The notes under the pieces were generated by a model. The model searched no databases. It was not told where the DNA came from and worked only from the letters and a program-made list of their open reading frames with translations. From positions 27,592,001-27,656,000 of the forward strand of contig NC_058383.1 of assembly GCF_018350175.1 (NCBI RefSeq): a DNA stretch of 64,000 bases. The letters run 5' to 3'. The first letter of the stretch is position 1. Every line of letters starts with the position of its first letter. This DNA is from Felis catus (lineage: Eukaryota). Shown piece after piece: positions 11,773-23,517 of this stretch. The translations under genes and the position numbers were made by a program.

Positions 11773-12143
11773 TGTGACAGGTTTGTCGGGTAGTGCTTTC
11801 CACCAGACGCTGCCGGCTCTCACCAGGGGCACCTAGAGAAGGGCACCTCCTCACCCTCTTGAGGTTACATATGGGCATGTGATTCGTTTTCTCAAACAAA
11901 ACGTGAGCAGAAATATAACGTGTCACTTCTGAGTGGAAACGTTAAGACCCAGGATGTGATCTTCCATGCACATTTTCCCCCCGACCATGGTGCTGGCAAT
12001 ACTCCAGAGTGGCTGTTTCATCTATATGGGTCCCAGAGACAGGAGGAAAACTCCTGGCTGACCCAGGATAGATTTCTGCTCAAGCTATGGAGAGGTGGGG
12101 CTGTTTGTTACTACAGTGTAACTTAGCTCATCCTGACTGACAC
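11773..12143 (+). mobile_element. MaLR solo LTR (MLT1I-like)
   Basis: tg...ca ends; gtgagcagaaatataacgtgtcacttctgagtggaaac and 3' gctgtttgttactacagtgtaacttagctcatcctgactgacaca match recalled MLT1I/J. Confidence 0.75.
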
Positions 12144-12339
12144 ATGGGTTGTACGTACAACGTAAAACGGTTTCTCTCACGAGTCTATTCATTCTATCCA
12201 TCCATTTGTTCAAACATATATTATGCAATTATTATGCAAAAGATATTTAAATTAAAGAGAAATGGAATTAAGTGTCAAGAGAACATGTGATTATATGTGC
12301 ATGTGTGTGTGTGTGCGTGTAGACACATAAATACGCTTG

Positions 12340-12580
12340 AAAATAATCAGACTGAGCTCTGACTATGGGTAAGACACAGTGCTAGGTATTTTGTATGATG
12401 AATTAACTTCTGAAGTCTATTTGCTTAAAAATTAGAACTGTTTTATAGTTTAGAAAAAAAGGCAAAAACAAATTGAAGCTCACAGAGGTTGTAGCACTTA
12501 CCCAACACTGCCCAGCCAGTAAGTAGCAGGTTTGGGTTTCAAACCAAGGTTGGTCAGCCTCTGTGGTTACCACCATGCTA
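12340..12580 (-). mobile_element. MIR SINE
   Basis: attgaagctcacagaggttgtagcacttacccaacactgcccagccagtaagtagcagg...tttcaaaccaagg. Confidence 0.6.
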
Positions 12581-13249
12581 CATCGCCTCTTTCCAAACAC
12601 TAAGATAGCTCTGTGCTTCTTCAGAGAACCCCAGGAAAGCAAAGAAAAATAAAAACCCTGCCCTTTCAAATCCTTGCAGCCAGTACGCCTTCGGGTTTGC
12701 TTTGACAGGCTGTCTTCCCTTCAAAATGAAGAGAGAGGAAGCGTGGACAGAAATAAAGGCCAGCTGTTCGGTGCAGCAGATACACCTGCATGCAGCCAGC
12801 AGAGCCCGCCTATCATTTCAGGAAGCCATGGAGCTGACACCTGTGGTCACGCCTCGACCTGCTCTGGGGGCGCAGCCCAGGCTGCTCGTTACCCGAACAG
12901 GGTAGAAGCTCCGCAAATTGCATGTTTTCATACAGACTTAGGAAAACGTGAGGGATGAGGGTAGGAATGTACTGATACCATCATTAATCAAACAACCGGG
13001 GAGTGAAGATGAAGGGATGCAAAGGTAGGTTCCTGTATCAGGAAAAGATGTGTGGGAAGAGATTAGAAATACTAAGGAGACAGAGACTTTTTTGGGCAAA
13101 CGTTTTTCCATTCTTAAAGCTTTAAAACGTATGTAGGAGTTTCCTGGCCAGAGAGAGAGACAATGAAGGCAGCCCCCGAGACATTCATTCATCCATTGGA
13201 ACATCACTTTCTGAACGCGCACAGCGTAGGTGGCTGGGGTGGGAAGACG

Positions 13250-13460
13250 AAACCTACTACGTGCCAGGCACCATTCTAAGCCTGTATTAACTAGGTTAGT
13301 GCTCACAAGAGCCCAAGAGGTAGAGACTCTGAGGATCTCCACTTTGCAGAAGGGGAAACAGAGGCACAGAGAAGTTTAAGTATCCTGCCCAAAGTCACGC
13401 AGCTTGGGGCATTCGCATCCCGCCAGGTCTGGCACCAGCACCGTGCTCTGAACCACACGG
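13250..13460 (-). mobile_element. MIR SINE
   Basis: ctccactttgcagaaggggaaacagaggcacagagaagtttaagtatcctgcccaaagtcacgcagc. Confidence 0.8.
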
Positions 13461-14429
13461 CCTTTTGTGGGGTCTTGCTCCTCAAGTTCACAGATCAGCA
13501 GGAAAGAGGAACTTAGAAGCAAATCACTTTTTTTTTTTTAATTGCGCAAATGCTATTTTGAGAATGATCCAAAGAGAAAGAATTCAGGTCTACCTAGGGA
13601 CATCAGGGAGAGCAATACTGGGGAGAGAGACCTTTAAATGCCTGGCTGCATGTGTCAGCCAGGTGGGTGAGTGGGGGAAGGGGCCCCCGAGGTGGAGGGA
13701 CCGCTTGAGCAAGTACACAGAAGCTGGACTGATCAGAAAAGTGCTGAGGCACAGAGCTGCAAGGGAGGGCAGAAGCAGATGAAGCAAGGAAGGCAGAGCA
13801 AGGAGAGGGTACACAGAGGAGGGTCCTGTGTTCCAACTGAGCCATCGCTGGGTATGGGTGTCTGCCTTCTTGCGTTGCAGACACACAAAGAAAAAAACCA
13901 GCATCAGGCTGTTTGGCAGACCTCTCCCTGGCTGCACCTGAAGAAGGTGCCTGGCATCAGTGTGGAGGGCTGGCTGGGAGGGAAGGAAGCAGATCTGTTG
14001 AGAGACAGGCCCCCGGAATCAGACAGCTCTGAGCTCGAGTCTCATATCCGTTTCTACCTCCGTGACCTTCGCCAATTAGTGACTGGACCTGCCAAGCCTC
14101 AGCCGCCAAATGGGTGGCTGCGAGACCCACGTAAGGAGTGGAGGTTAGCTGTCACCGGCATGCTTTGGATTGGATTTGGATGTAAGTATAGCACTTAAGA
14201 GGATATTACAATACAACAGGTGAAGGGGAAATCTGATCCTGGTGACCTGTCATGACCACGGCTGTTTCTCCCGCTCTGTTGTAGGAAGGATTTGTTGGCA
14301 CAGATTCATCCGTGTTCCCACGCCAGGATCCCTTCAAGACCAAATGCAAGGTCAAGATGGTCTGTCGTCGGCAGAGCGGATTTGGGAAAACAACTCATAA
14401 TCTTGGCTTCATAATTCAGGGCTCTAACC

Positions 14430-14798
14430 CAGCACTCCTCAAACTTTAATGTACACACAAGTCACCTGAGATCTTGTTAAAAGGCATCACAGAAATAAAA
14501 GGAATTGTAACTATGGGTGGCAACAGATGTTAACTAGACTTATTGTGGTGATCATTTGGCAATGTATATATTGAGTCATTATGTTGTATACCTGAAAGTA
14601 ATATAATACGTCAGTTATATCTGAGTTCTTTAAAAAGCAAAAAATAAAATAAAATAAAATAAAATGAAAAATTAAAAACAAATGTAAAGTGGCAGTTTTA
14701 AAAAAAACTTTAAGGCAGATTCTGACTCAGTTGCACTATGGAGGGCCATGCGTGATGCCTGTGCGCCTGTGACAAGGACCACCCATGGGGTAGCAAGG
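14430..14798. mobile_element. MER5A-like hAT-Charlie element split by an L1 3' end
   Basis: cagcactcctcaaactttaatgtacacacaagtcacctg...gcagattctgactcagt...ggaccacccatggggtagcaagg. Confidence 0.75.
14487..14711 (+). mobile_element. L1 extreme 3' end (L1MA9/carnivore-like) inserted in MER5A
   Basis: aattgtaactatgggtggcaacagatgttaactagacttattgtggtgatcatt...ttgtatacctgaaagtaatataa plus (AAAAT)n tail; short duplication aaggca on both sides. Confidence 0.8.
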
Positions 14799-15029
14799 CC
14801 TCAATCCATTGAGATTGCCCGAACCTACACTGCCCAAACCAAGAGTAAGAATCAAACCCAATACCTTTCGCTAACTGGCTTACTCACTCATCCTTCCGTT
14901 AAATATTTGCTAAGCACCTACTGTATCCCAGGCCTTGGATAAACAAAATTATATACACCATAGGTCGTGTACCCAATCAGCTTGCCCACTATGCAAATGG
15001 AGAAGGAAAGGACAAAGGGACTGACCATT

Positions 15030-15240
15030 TCTGCACAGCCCACTTCATGTACTTCATCTCATTTAATTCTCCCAAAAGTTCTATGAAATTGCAATCATGC
15101 ATGCCACGCTGCAAAGGAGGAAACTATAATTTAGGGAGTAAGGATAAGTCCCCTCCCCTCCAAACTGATCAGCCAGTTGGTGGCACTGCGATTTGAAGCC
15201 AGGTCTTTTGGATTCCACTGCCTTGTTTATACTCTACAAC
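15030..15240 (-). mobile_element. MIR SINE (degenerate)
   Basis: catctcatttaattctcccaaaagttctatgaa...aaaggaggaaact...gcgatttgaagccaggtcttttggattcca. Confidence 0.55.
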
Positions 15241-16257
15241 TATATGCTGATTGCATTCTGTTTTTATTTACTTTGAACTTGACTGTGCCTCTTTAGGTTT
15301 TAGAGAGTAAACTCTTTTTTTTTTTTTTTTTTTTTTTTTGCTCATAAATTTAATTGCTGACATAAAGGGAAAAATCCTGATGTAATTGAACAAGAAGATG
15401 TTTACAACCCTCTTCGAGCCATAGAGCTGCTGGCACACAAAATTTATGGCCGTAGGAGAGGGGAAATAAAAAGAAAGGGAAGACCAAGACAGATGTGCCT
15501 ATGGAAATGTCGTGTTAATATATGGGTTGATGACCCGACACTGGCACACTCAGTTGGATAACTTTTTGGAGATCGTTTAACCAGCTAATGAAGATTTACT
15601 TAATAAACTCTCAAACTTGCCAGAGCTAGACTCCTAAAAACAACCTTATAAATTACAAAGAAGATGGTGCGTTAAAGAGCCACCGTGGTTATTTAAAGAT
15701 GGAGTGAAATTGCCAGAGTCGTAAAGGTCATTGTCCAGGAGTCTTGTAGCCGTCACTGGAGGGCTGGGAACCTTTCGGGGGAGCAGCTCCCATGTTTGCA
15801 CCCAATCCAGATAAATGCATACAGATGTTCCTTGAACTTGATCAACTTGCTTCTCAGCATGAATACAAAATTGATTGGGCCAAATCAGAGCTCGTGCCAG
15901 TGAAGGCTGGCTGCATACAGAAATAAAATCAGCCACCTCCCATTTACTTAGAAGTCTCCAGCTTAAAATATACTGGAGGAAAATGTGCACTTCACTTTGG
16001 AGCAAGAGCCAAATTGCACAGCGACAAAATTATTCCCATCATCATGACAGCCTCAGCCAATCGTTCCCTTTTTTAATGTGCTGAAAGGAGGCAAGTTGGC
16101 ATCATTAAAAGTATTTTTTTTCCAAAAATACATCATGAAATATGGAGAAACTAGAGACAGAAGAAGGGGGCCCACGCCTCAATCTAATTCTGAGACTGGG
16201 CTATTGAGTAACGGCTGTTCTGGATGTACTTTGAAGGCCCCAAGAAAAGATGTTGTA

Positions 16258-16263
16258 TTTATT
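16258..16263 (-). promoter_or_regulatory. Candidate polyadenylation signal (AATAAA on minus strand)
   Basis: tttatt at 16258-16263, at the end of the putative terminal exon and followed on the minus strand by a T-rich stretch. Confidence 0.3.
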
Positions 16264-17449
16264 GCTTCCTGCTTCCCTTGCTACCCTAGATGGGCAGGGA
16301 CATGAATATTTCTCCTCTAATTCAGTTCCTGTTTTTCAAGGAAGACCCCTTTCACTGCATGATTATCCCCAGAAATATCTAATCTTCACTCTCACTTGAT
16401 GAACTACAACTGCCTCGTGTCTTTTGGCCTTCCTTAAGTACTCAGTCAAGGACATAATGGATGTTGCATGCTTCCGTTTTCTCTTCTCAAATTCGTCCCA
16501 TGTTCCCTTCATCCTTCTTCCTGTCCTTTACTACCTAGTGAAGTTCTGGAAGCCAATCCAGGATGTGCTGATATAGAAACTGCCTAAGATGGAAAGGTCG
16601 ACCCAGCTGGTGCTCAGCTGGCCTCATCGAGGGATCCCTGTTCTCCCACTACGATGTGATGCCTCTTCACACCTATCTTTGTCCCTCATCTTCTCTGAAG
16701 AAGGATTTATACCCAGCCCCAGTGAGTTGGCATGCTCCCCCCTCGGTTTCAGCAATTCTGATGTCCAGATGTCTTATGCCCTTTTAATATCCGTTTCAGA
16801 TTATCACCCTCACCACTGGGAAGTGACAGCATGCATATTTCTCCGTGCTGAATTGCATTTTGTTCTTTTTTTGAACTTCATCCTTGGAAATTAGATTTTG
16901 CTATCTTTGGTTGTTTCTAGTACATGACTAAGATTCTCTTTCCAGCACAGTTACTTAATATCCCTTTCCAGAATATTACTTAAGGAGAAAAGGAGTACAT
17001 TTTTCATATGAATATGAAGAATATGTCCCCATTTTTCCTTTGGAGGAAAAGGGCCACTATTGATTTTAACAATGAAAGTTGCACGGATGAAAGGGGAGCA
17101 ATTATTCAAATCTGATCTAAGGTTTCACGTTACATGTCAACTCTAGTCAATCGCCAGTCTTGTCCGGCACACTGTGGTGAGGAAGATTCTAAGGCTGGGT
17201 TAAGACTGGATGAGAAATATGGCAGCATGGATAGGTAACATCTCCCATGGGCTTGATGGGGAGATGTGGTAGGGCATCCATTTGCTTTTTTCAATGCTAA
17301 TTCCAACACAAGATAATCCACAGCGTTCTGATATATCTACCAGATGCACTGACAAAGCCGTCTCAAGAAAAAGCCAAATTTTCCAGGGCAAAATATCAAG
17401 CGTTCTTCCCCTAAAGCAGTCACTTTTATTAAAAAAAAGTTTAATTATA

Positions 17450-17623
17450 GGGGTGCCTGGTGACTTCGTTTCGGGTCATGATCTCACGGTTTGTGGGTTC
17501 GAGCCCAGCATCGGCTCTGCACTGCCAGTGGGGGGCGTGCTTGGATCCTCTGTCTCCCTCTTTCTCTGCCTCTCCTCCACTCAGGCTTTATCTCTCTCCC
17601 TCTCAAGATAAATACAAAACTTT
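17450..17623 (+). mobile_element. CanSINE with internal 5' deletion
   Basis: ggggtgcctgg joined to tgacttcgtttcgggtcatgatctc; exact 16 bp TSD aaaaagtttaattata 17434-17449 / 17624-17639. Confidence 0.93.
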
Positions 17624-18636
17624 AAAAAGTTTAATTATATGAGCCAAATCTGATTAATTAATGATTGCCAGGACTGGGGAGTTAAGCTCCATGATTGATT
17701 AATAATGTCCACGAATGAAGGACTAGATATGGTGCTATAGTGTGAATGCTGTATCCTGCATTCAGGACTCCTGGCTTAGTGCAATATGCCACTGACTCTG
17801 TCTTGGGAACGTAATACAGCAGTAAAGGCTTTGAAAGTATCCTACAGAGTCAGGGCATACGATAAGCCCAGATTGGTTACACAAGAAGCAGAAATGAGTC
17901 GAATACGGCAAAACATTAACAATCCTACACCTGAGATTTACAGAATATAGTTCCTTCCAGCCCCACATGAAATATTTACAAAAATTGACCCCATATTGGT
18001 CAGAAACCAGGTATCAATAGAATTTAGACCATGTTCCAAAAACACGTAAGAAAATAAAAGTAAGACTTCCAAACAATTGGATAGGCACATGAAAAACGCA
18101 CCATATATTTGCAAATTTAAAATCGTGCTTCTAAATCATTCAAAGACTACCTGACGTGACTTATTTATGTGTATATTTTCTTTTTTTCTTCTGTGAATGC
18201 AACCTTTAAGAGGTCAAAGAGCTACATTCACTACACTACTCCCAGTGCATACAGAGAACTGAAGATTGTCTGAGTCACAGCAGGGGCATGTTCAATGAGT
18301 GAATGAATGAATATGAGCGCTTACAGGATTCTGTTTATGCAGTACTTTAAGGGAAATGAATACCCTTAAACACATATATTACAAAAGAAGCGAAAACAGA
18401 ATATGAGCTAAAGACCTAGCTTGGGATACCAGAAAATAAAGAGTAAATTCAAAGAAAGTAGAAATAGTACCTAAAATGCACAGAACTTGACGAAACAAAA
18501 CAAAAAAGAATGAGAAGGAAACAAAACAATTATCTGACCCACATATAATCCTTTTCTTGCAGAGCATTTTTAAAAGAACAGAAAAAGAGCAGAGATGGCA
18601 GTTAATTTTATAAGGCTAACATAATCCTTGATATTA

Positions 18637-19220
18637 GGGATACAGGTGTGCTGTTTCGAAGGGGCACATGCACCCCAATGTTTACAGCAGCACTATCAAC
18701 AATAGCTAAAGTATGGAAACAGCCCAAATGTCCATCAACGGATGAATGAATAAAGAATAGTGACACACACACACACACACACACACAATGGAGTATTACT
18801 TGGCGATCAAAAAGAATGAAATCTTGCCATTACAAATACGTGGATGGAACTAGACGGTTATTATGCTACGTGAAATTAAAGAAAGACAAATATCATATGA
18901 CTTCACTCACATGTGTAATTTAAGACCCAAAATAGATGAACATAAGGGAAGGGAAGCAAAAATAATATAAAAACAAGGAGGGAGACAAACCATAAGAAGA
19001 GACTCTTAAATACAGAGAATAAACTGAGGGTTGCTGGAGGGGTTGTGGGTGGGGGATGGGCTGAATGGGTAAGGGACATTAAGGAGCACACTTGTTGGGA
19101 TGAGCACTGGGTGTTACATGTAGGGGATAAATCACTGGACTCTACTCCTGAAATCATTATTGCACTATATGCTAACTAACTTGGATGTAAATTAGATAAT
19201 AAATAAATAAAATTTTAAAA
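18637..19220 (+). mobile_element. 5'-truncated felid/carnivore L1 3' end
   Basis: gggatacaggtgtgctgtttcgaaggggcacatgcaccccaatg... 3' UTR and tail; TSD core ccttgatatta 18626-18636 / 19231-19241. Confidence 0.93.
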
Positions 19221-19520
19221 ACCCCACAACCCTTGATATTAAAGCCAGGTAAGGAAAATTATAAATCAATCTCATGCATGGATTTAGATGTAAACATCTT
19301 AAACAAAACATTGGTAAAGAACACCCACGAGCAGAATAAGAAACGGACAGACAGCCATAACCAAGCAGAGCTAGTTTCAGGAATGTAAGGATGGTGTAAC
19401 ATTACAAAATGTATTAATATAAATTACTACTAAAAGAGAAAAATGATGACTATCCCCACAGAGACAGAAGAAACATCTGGCAAAACTTCACATTCATTCA
19501 TGTATTTAAAAAAGGAATGT

Positions 19521-19740
19521 AGGGCGGCTGGGGGGCTCAGTCAATTAAGCATCGATTTTGGCTCAGGTCACCATCTTGTGGTTCCTGAGTTGGAGCACCG
19601 TGTGGGGCTCTGTGCTGACAGCTCAGAGCCTGGAGCCTGCTTCAGATTCGGTGTCTCCCTCTCTCTCTCTCTGCCCCTCCCTTGCTCGCACTCTCTCTCT
19701 CAAAAATAAATAAATATTAAAAAAAATTTAATAAAAATAA
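19521..19740 (+). mobile_element. CanSINE
   Basis: SINE body gctgacagctcagagcctggagcctgcttcagattc, CT tract, A tail; flanks aaaaaggaatgt / aaaaagaaatgt. Confidence 0.93.
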
Positions 19741-20451
19741 AAAAGAAATGTTAGCAAACTAGGAATAGTAGGAAAAATCCTTAACATTTGAAGGAACATT
19801 TGCACTTGATAGGATTATCTATGTAAGAAAATATGTGTATGCAAACTATCAGATTTAAAAAAATATATGGGTATAGACACAAATAGAATTAGTGTATTTG
19901 AACACCACCAATAATAAGTTACAAAATGTAATTTTTAATGTCTTACTCATAATCGCAAACAAAATATACAATTCCGTGAAATAAATCTAATGCAAGATCT
20001 CCAAGTCCTTTCTGGGGAAAAACACAACCCTTTATTGAAGGATATGAAATAAGAGCATTTGGAGAAATATGCCAGGTTCATGGGTGGGAAAATACACTGT
20101 AATAGAGGTGAAAATGTTCTCGATTAATCTATACAATCAATGCAATTTCAAAGATTTTCTCTCATATAACTTAACAAGCAGACCCTAAAAATTCACAAAG
20201 AAACACTGGAGTCAAGAATAGGCAAGACAGTTTTCAATAAGGACAGAGATGAAATATCTGTAAGATGTGACCAGTTATCAACCCAGATAAAAGAATGTGG
20301 ATTTAGTGCAGAGAGAATTAGAATAATGTAAAAGAAAACAACAACAAAAAAAAGCGCTACAAAAACAATCCGAATATGAGAAAAACTAGAATATATAAAG
20401 AGCTCCTAAAGTCAGTAACACAAAATTGAGTTTTAAAAAAAGGCAATAGAA

Positions 20452-20629
20452 GGGCACCTGGGTGGCTCAGTCAGTTAAGTGTCCAACTTCAGCTCAGGTC
20501 ATGATCTTGTAGTTCACGAGTATGAGCCCTGCATTGGGCTCTGTGCTGACAGCTCAGAGCCTGGAACCTGCTTCAGATTCTATGTCTCCCTCTCTCTCTG
20601 CCCCTCCTCCGCTCACGCTGTCTCTCCCT

Positions 20630-20700
<71 letters not shown>

Positions 20701-20731
20701 AAAAATAAATAAACATTAAAAAATTTTTTTT
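20452..20731 (+). mobile_element. CanSINE with expanded (CT)n
   Basis: gggcacctgggtggctcagtcagttaag head, long (CT)n 20635-20700, flanks aaaggcaatag / aaaggcaacag. Confidence 0.95.
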
Positions 20732-20920
20732 AAAGGCAACAGCAATTTACACTAAAGGGAACATAAATCTACTATAAACATTTTGAAAAGGTGCTTAGGG
20801 AACTGCAATTAAAAAAAACATATCATCAAATGATCAAGGTGTTTGGAGGGATCAAGGTTTTTATATTGCCAGTGGGAGTGAAAGTTTTTACAAGCACTTT
20901 GCAAAGGAATTTAGAGGTAT

Positions 20921-21110
20921 CTGCACTGCATTAATTCTAAGATGCTTCTCAACCTCCACCACGCCCCCCCCCCCACCGACCCTACCTCCTGCATTGTAAC
21001 ATTTCTGAAATCCAGATTCATTTTTATAACTGTCGGCATCTTAAGATTCTAAATGATAGCAATTTTGTTGCAACTTACATTAGATGGCCTCTTAGTATTG
21101 ATAAAATATG
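20921..21110. mobile_element. MER104-like TcMar-Tc2 MITE
   Basis: cattaattctaagatgc...taacatttctgaaatccag...gatggcctcttagtattgataaaatatg, imperfect terminal inverted repeats. Confidence 0.55.
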
Positions 21111-21254
21111 TAGTAAAGTTGAAGATACTCACACTCTATGATGCAACAATTTGATTCCTACACACATCTCTAGAGAAACAACTATACACAAAGATAATGC
21201 TGCCTAATGCAACATCTGTACTTTAAAAAATGTTATCCCAGGAAGGTAGCAAAG

Positions 21255-21455
21255 TTGGCTTCTTTAACTCTTCTACCAGTAAGAATTACTCTATTATGAG
21301 TGAAGTGGCCTTAAACAGAGAAAAATGTATTATCTTCCATTAGAAGTCTAGGAGAGTTGCTTGATTTTGTGACTCAGTGAGGACCTCAGGAACCCAGATT
21401 CTTTCCATTTTGCTGTTCTGCCATGGTTGGCTTGCTGACCCCTTCTCTTATACTT
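21255..21455 (-). mobile_element. Old MaLR LTR fragment (MLT1J/K-like)
   Basis: agtggccttaaacagag...caggaacccagattctttccattttgctgttctgccat. Confidence 0.45.
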
Positions 21456-21456
21456 C

Positions 21457-21855
21457 TAAAGTTGGAGGCATAGAATTCTGGACTTCAAGTTATACAAAGC
21501 TGTAATCATGAAGACAATATGGCATGGCACAAAAAAAAAAAAAAGACACAGAGATCAATGGAATAGAATAGAGAACCCAGAATTGGACCCACAAATGTAC
21601 GGCCAACTGATCTTTGACAAAGCAGGGAAGACTATCCACAGGATAAAAGACTGTCTCTTCAGCAAGTGGTGCTGGGAAAACTCGACAGCGACATGCAGAA
21701 GAATGAACCTGGACCACTTTCTTATACCACACACAAAAATAAATTCAAGATGGATGAAAGACCTAAATGTGAGACAGGAAACCATCAAAATCCTAGAGGA
21801 GAAAACAGGCAACAACCTCTTTGACCTTGGCCGCAGCAACTTACTATACTTGTTC
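21457..21855 (+). mobile_element. Internal L1 ORF2 fragment
   Basis: ORF 21508-21864 translates to RHRDQWNRIENPELDPQMYGQLIFDKAGKTIHRIKDCLFSKWCWENSTATCRRMNLDHFLIPHTKINSRWMKDLNVRQETIKILEE, a typical L1 ORF2 post-RT segment. Confidence 0.95.
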
Positions 21856-21934
21856 ACCTCTTGATCGCAACATTCCTGACTTAACAATAATGCCTAGGGC
21901 TTCAAATTAGCTCTTTATTCCTGCTCTTACATTT

Positions 21935-22281
21935 GTTCCAACATTTTTATTTTCAAATAATTATAGGCACACATGAAGTTACAAAGACAGTACAAGGAAG
22001 TGTTATGTACACACCACCCAATCCCTCACAATGTGACATCTTACATACCTTTAAGGCAATATCAAAACCAGGAAGTTGGCATTGGTGCAGTATGCCCATG
22101 CAAAGCTTGATGTCATTTTATCACATGTGTACATATACAAAACCACCACCAGAGAGTACAGAACTATTCCATCACCACAAAGACTTCCCTCATGACATCC
22201 TTCATAGTCACCTTCCTGTGCTCCCTCCACCCATCCCTAACCGCTGGGAACAACTATTTTGTTCTCTTCCTACCATTATGT
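21935..22281 (-). mobile_element. Old L1 (L1MB/MC-like) 3' UTR fragment
   Basis: tttttattttcaaataattataggcacacatgaagttacaaaga...atatcaaaaccaggaagttggcattggt. Confidence 0.65.
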
Positions 22282-22453
22282 AAAAAAAAATTTTAAATGT
22301 TTATTGATTTTTGAGGGAGAGAGATACAGAGCACAAGCAGGGGAAGGGGCAGAGAGAGGGAGACACAGAATCCAAAGGAGGCTCCAAGCTCTGAGCAGTC
22401 AGCACAGAGCCCCACGCAAGGCTTGAACTCGTAAACCCTGGGATCAGGCACCC
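22282..22453 (-). mobile_element. CanSINE with internal deletion
   Basis: Reverse SINE tail and body (gagacacagaatccaaaggaggctccaagctctgagc) joined directly to caggcaccc. Confidence 0.9.
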
Positions 22454-22518
22454 AATCATTATTTTAGGTAGTAAAACACTATCCTTTGCTTCCTTTTTTA
22501 AGCATCACAAAAATAATA

Positions 22519-22640
22519 TGGATGGATGGATGGATGGATGGATGGATGGATGGATGGAACGAAGAGAGGAATGAAGGAAGGATGAAGGGAAGGGAGGGAG
22601 AGAGGAAGGAAGGATGGATGGATGGGTGGGTGGGTGGAAG
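22519..22640. repeat. (TGGA)n / (GGAA)n compound microsatellite
   Basis: Direct inspection. Confidence 0.95.
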
Positions 22641-22846
22641 GAACAAAAAAGCAAATGTAATAAAACATTAGTTACAGAATCTGGGTATATGGTTCTTCAC
22701 TGCACAATTCTTTGATCTGTGTTTGAAATTTTTCATAAATACAATATTGTAACAAAATTAACCTAAATGTCCACCAATAGGGAAGTATATGAGTATATTA
22801 TATTTCTACAATGGATTAGTTGACAGCGTTTAAAATGAAGGAAACA

Positions 22847-23054
22847 GGGGCATCTGGAAAGCGTCTGATTTTGGCTCAGGTCATGATCTCGCAGTTCGTG
22901 GGTTTGAGCCCCACGTTGGGCTCTGTGCTGACAGCTCAGAGCCTGGAGCCTGCTTCGGATTCTGTGTCTCCCTCTCTCTCTGCCTCTCCCCTGCTTATGC
23001 TCTGTCTCTCTCAAAAAATAAATAAACATTAAAAAAATTTTTAATTAAAAATAA
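22847..23054 (+). mobile_element. CanSINE
   Basis: Typical body and tail; TSD taaaatgaaggaa 22831-22843 / 23055-23067. Confidence 0.95.
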
Positions 23055-23287
23055 TAAAATGAAGGAACTAAATCCATATGTAACAATATGGATAAATCTC
23101 AAAAATAGCATTTGGGTTAAACTGCAGAATAGCCTCTGTGATGTAATAACACACACAACATCCAAAGATAATCACCACTTTGAAGCTGTTTTCCCTACTT
23201 GTTTTCATAATTGATTACATAATGACATCATGTGTGACATCTGGGTATTGGTAAGGATATGGGCATGTGCCAAATTCTTTTTATTTT

Positions 23288-23431
23288 GGGGGCACCTGGG
23301 TGGCTCAGTTGGTTAAACATCCGACTCTTGATTTAGGTCATGGTCTTGCAGTTTGAGTTCAAGCCCTGCACTGGGCTCCACACTGACAGCATAGAGCCTT
23401 CATGGATTCTCTCTCTCCCTGCCCCTCCCCT

Positions 23432-23481
<50 letters not shown>

Positions 23482-23517
23482 AATAAATAAATAAACTTTA
23501 AAAAAAGATTTAAAAAA
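23288..23517 (+). mobile_element. CanSINE
   Basis: gggggcacctgggtggctcagttggttaaacatccgactcttgatt, (CT)n, A tail. Confidence 0.95.

Larger units (their letters stand above)
17900..21200 (+). mobile_element. Fragmented ancient L1 (L1M-type ORF2 remnants)
   Basis: cagaatatagttccttccagccccacatgaaatatttacaaaaattgaccccatattggt resembles the L1 endonuclease region; ttcaggaatgtaaggatggtgtaacattacaaaa resembles the RT region; A-rich strand bias. Confidence 0.7.

Noticed and set aside
15646..16005. 119 aa minus-strand ORF
   Set aside because: Lies beyond the candidate poly(A) signal, has no convincing splice sites, and overlaps motif-rich non-coding-like DNA
19443..20719. Recurrent short ORFs (GLCADSSEPGACFRF, SVLTAQSLEPASDS)
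   Set aside because: Translations of CanSINE bodies, repeated throughout the window
21508..21864. 118 aa ORF as a host gene
   Set aside because: It is an L1 ORF2 fragment
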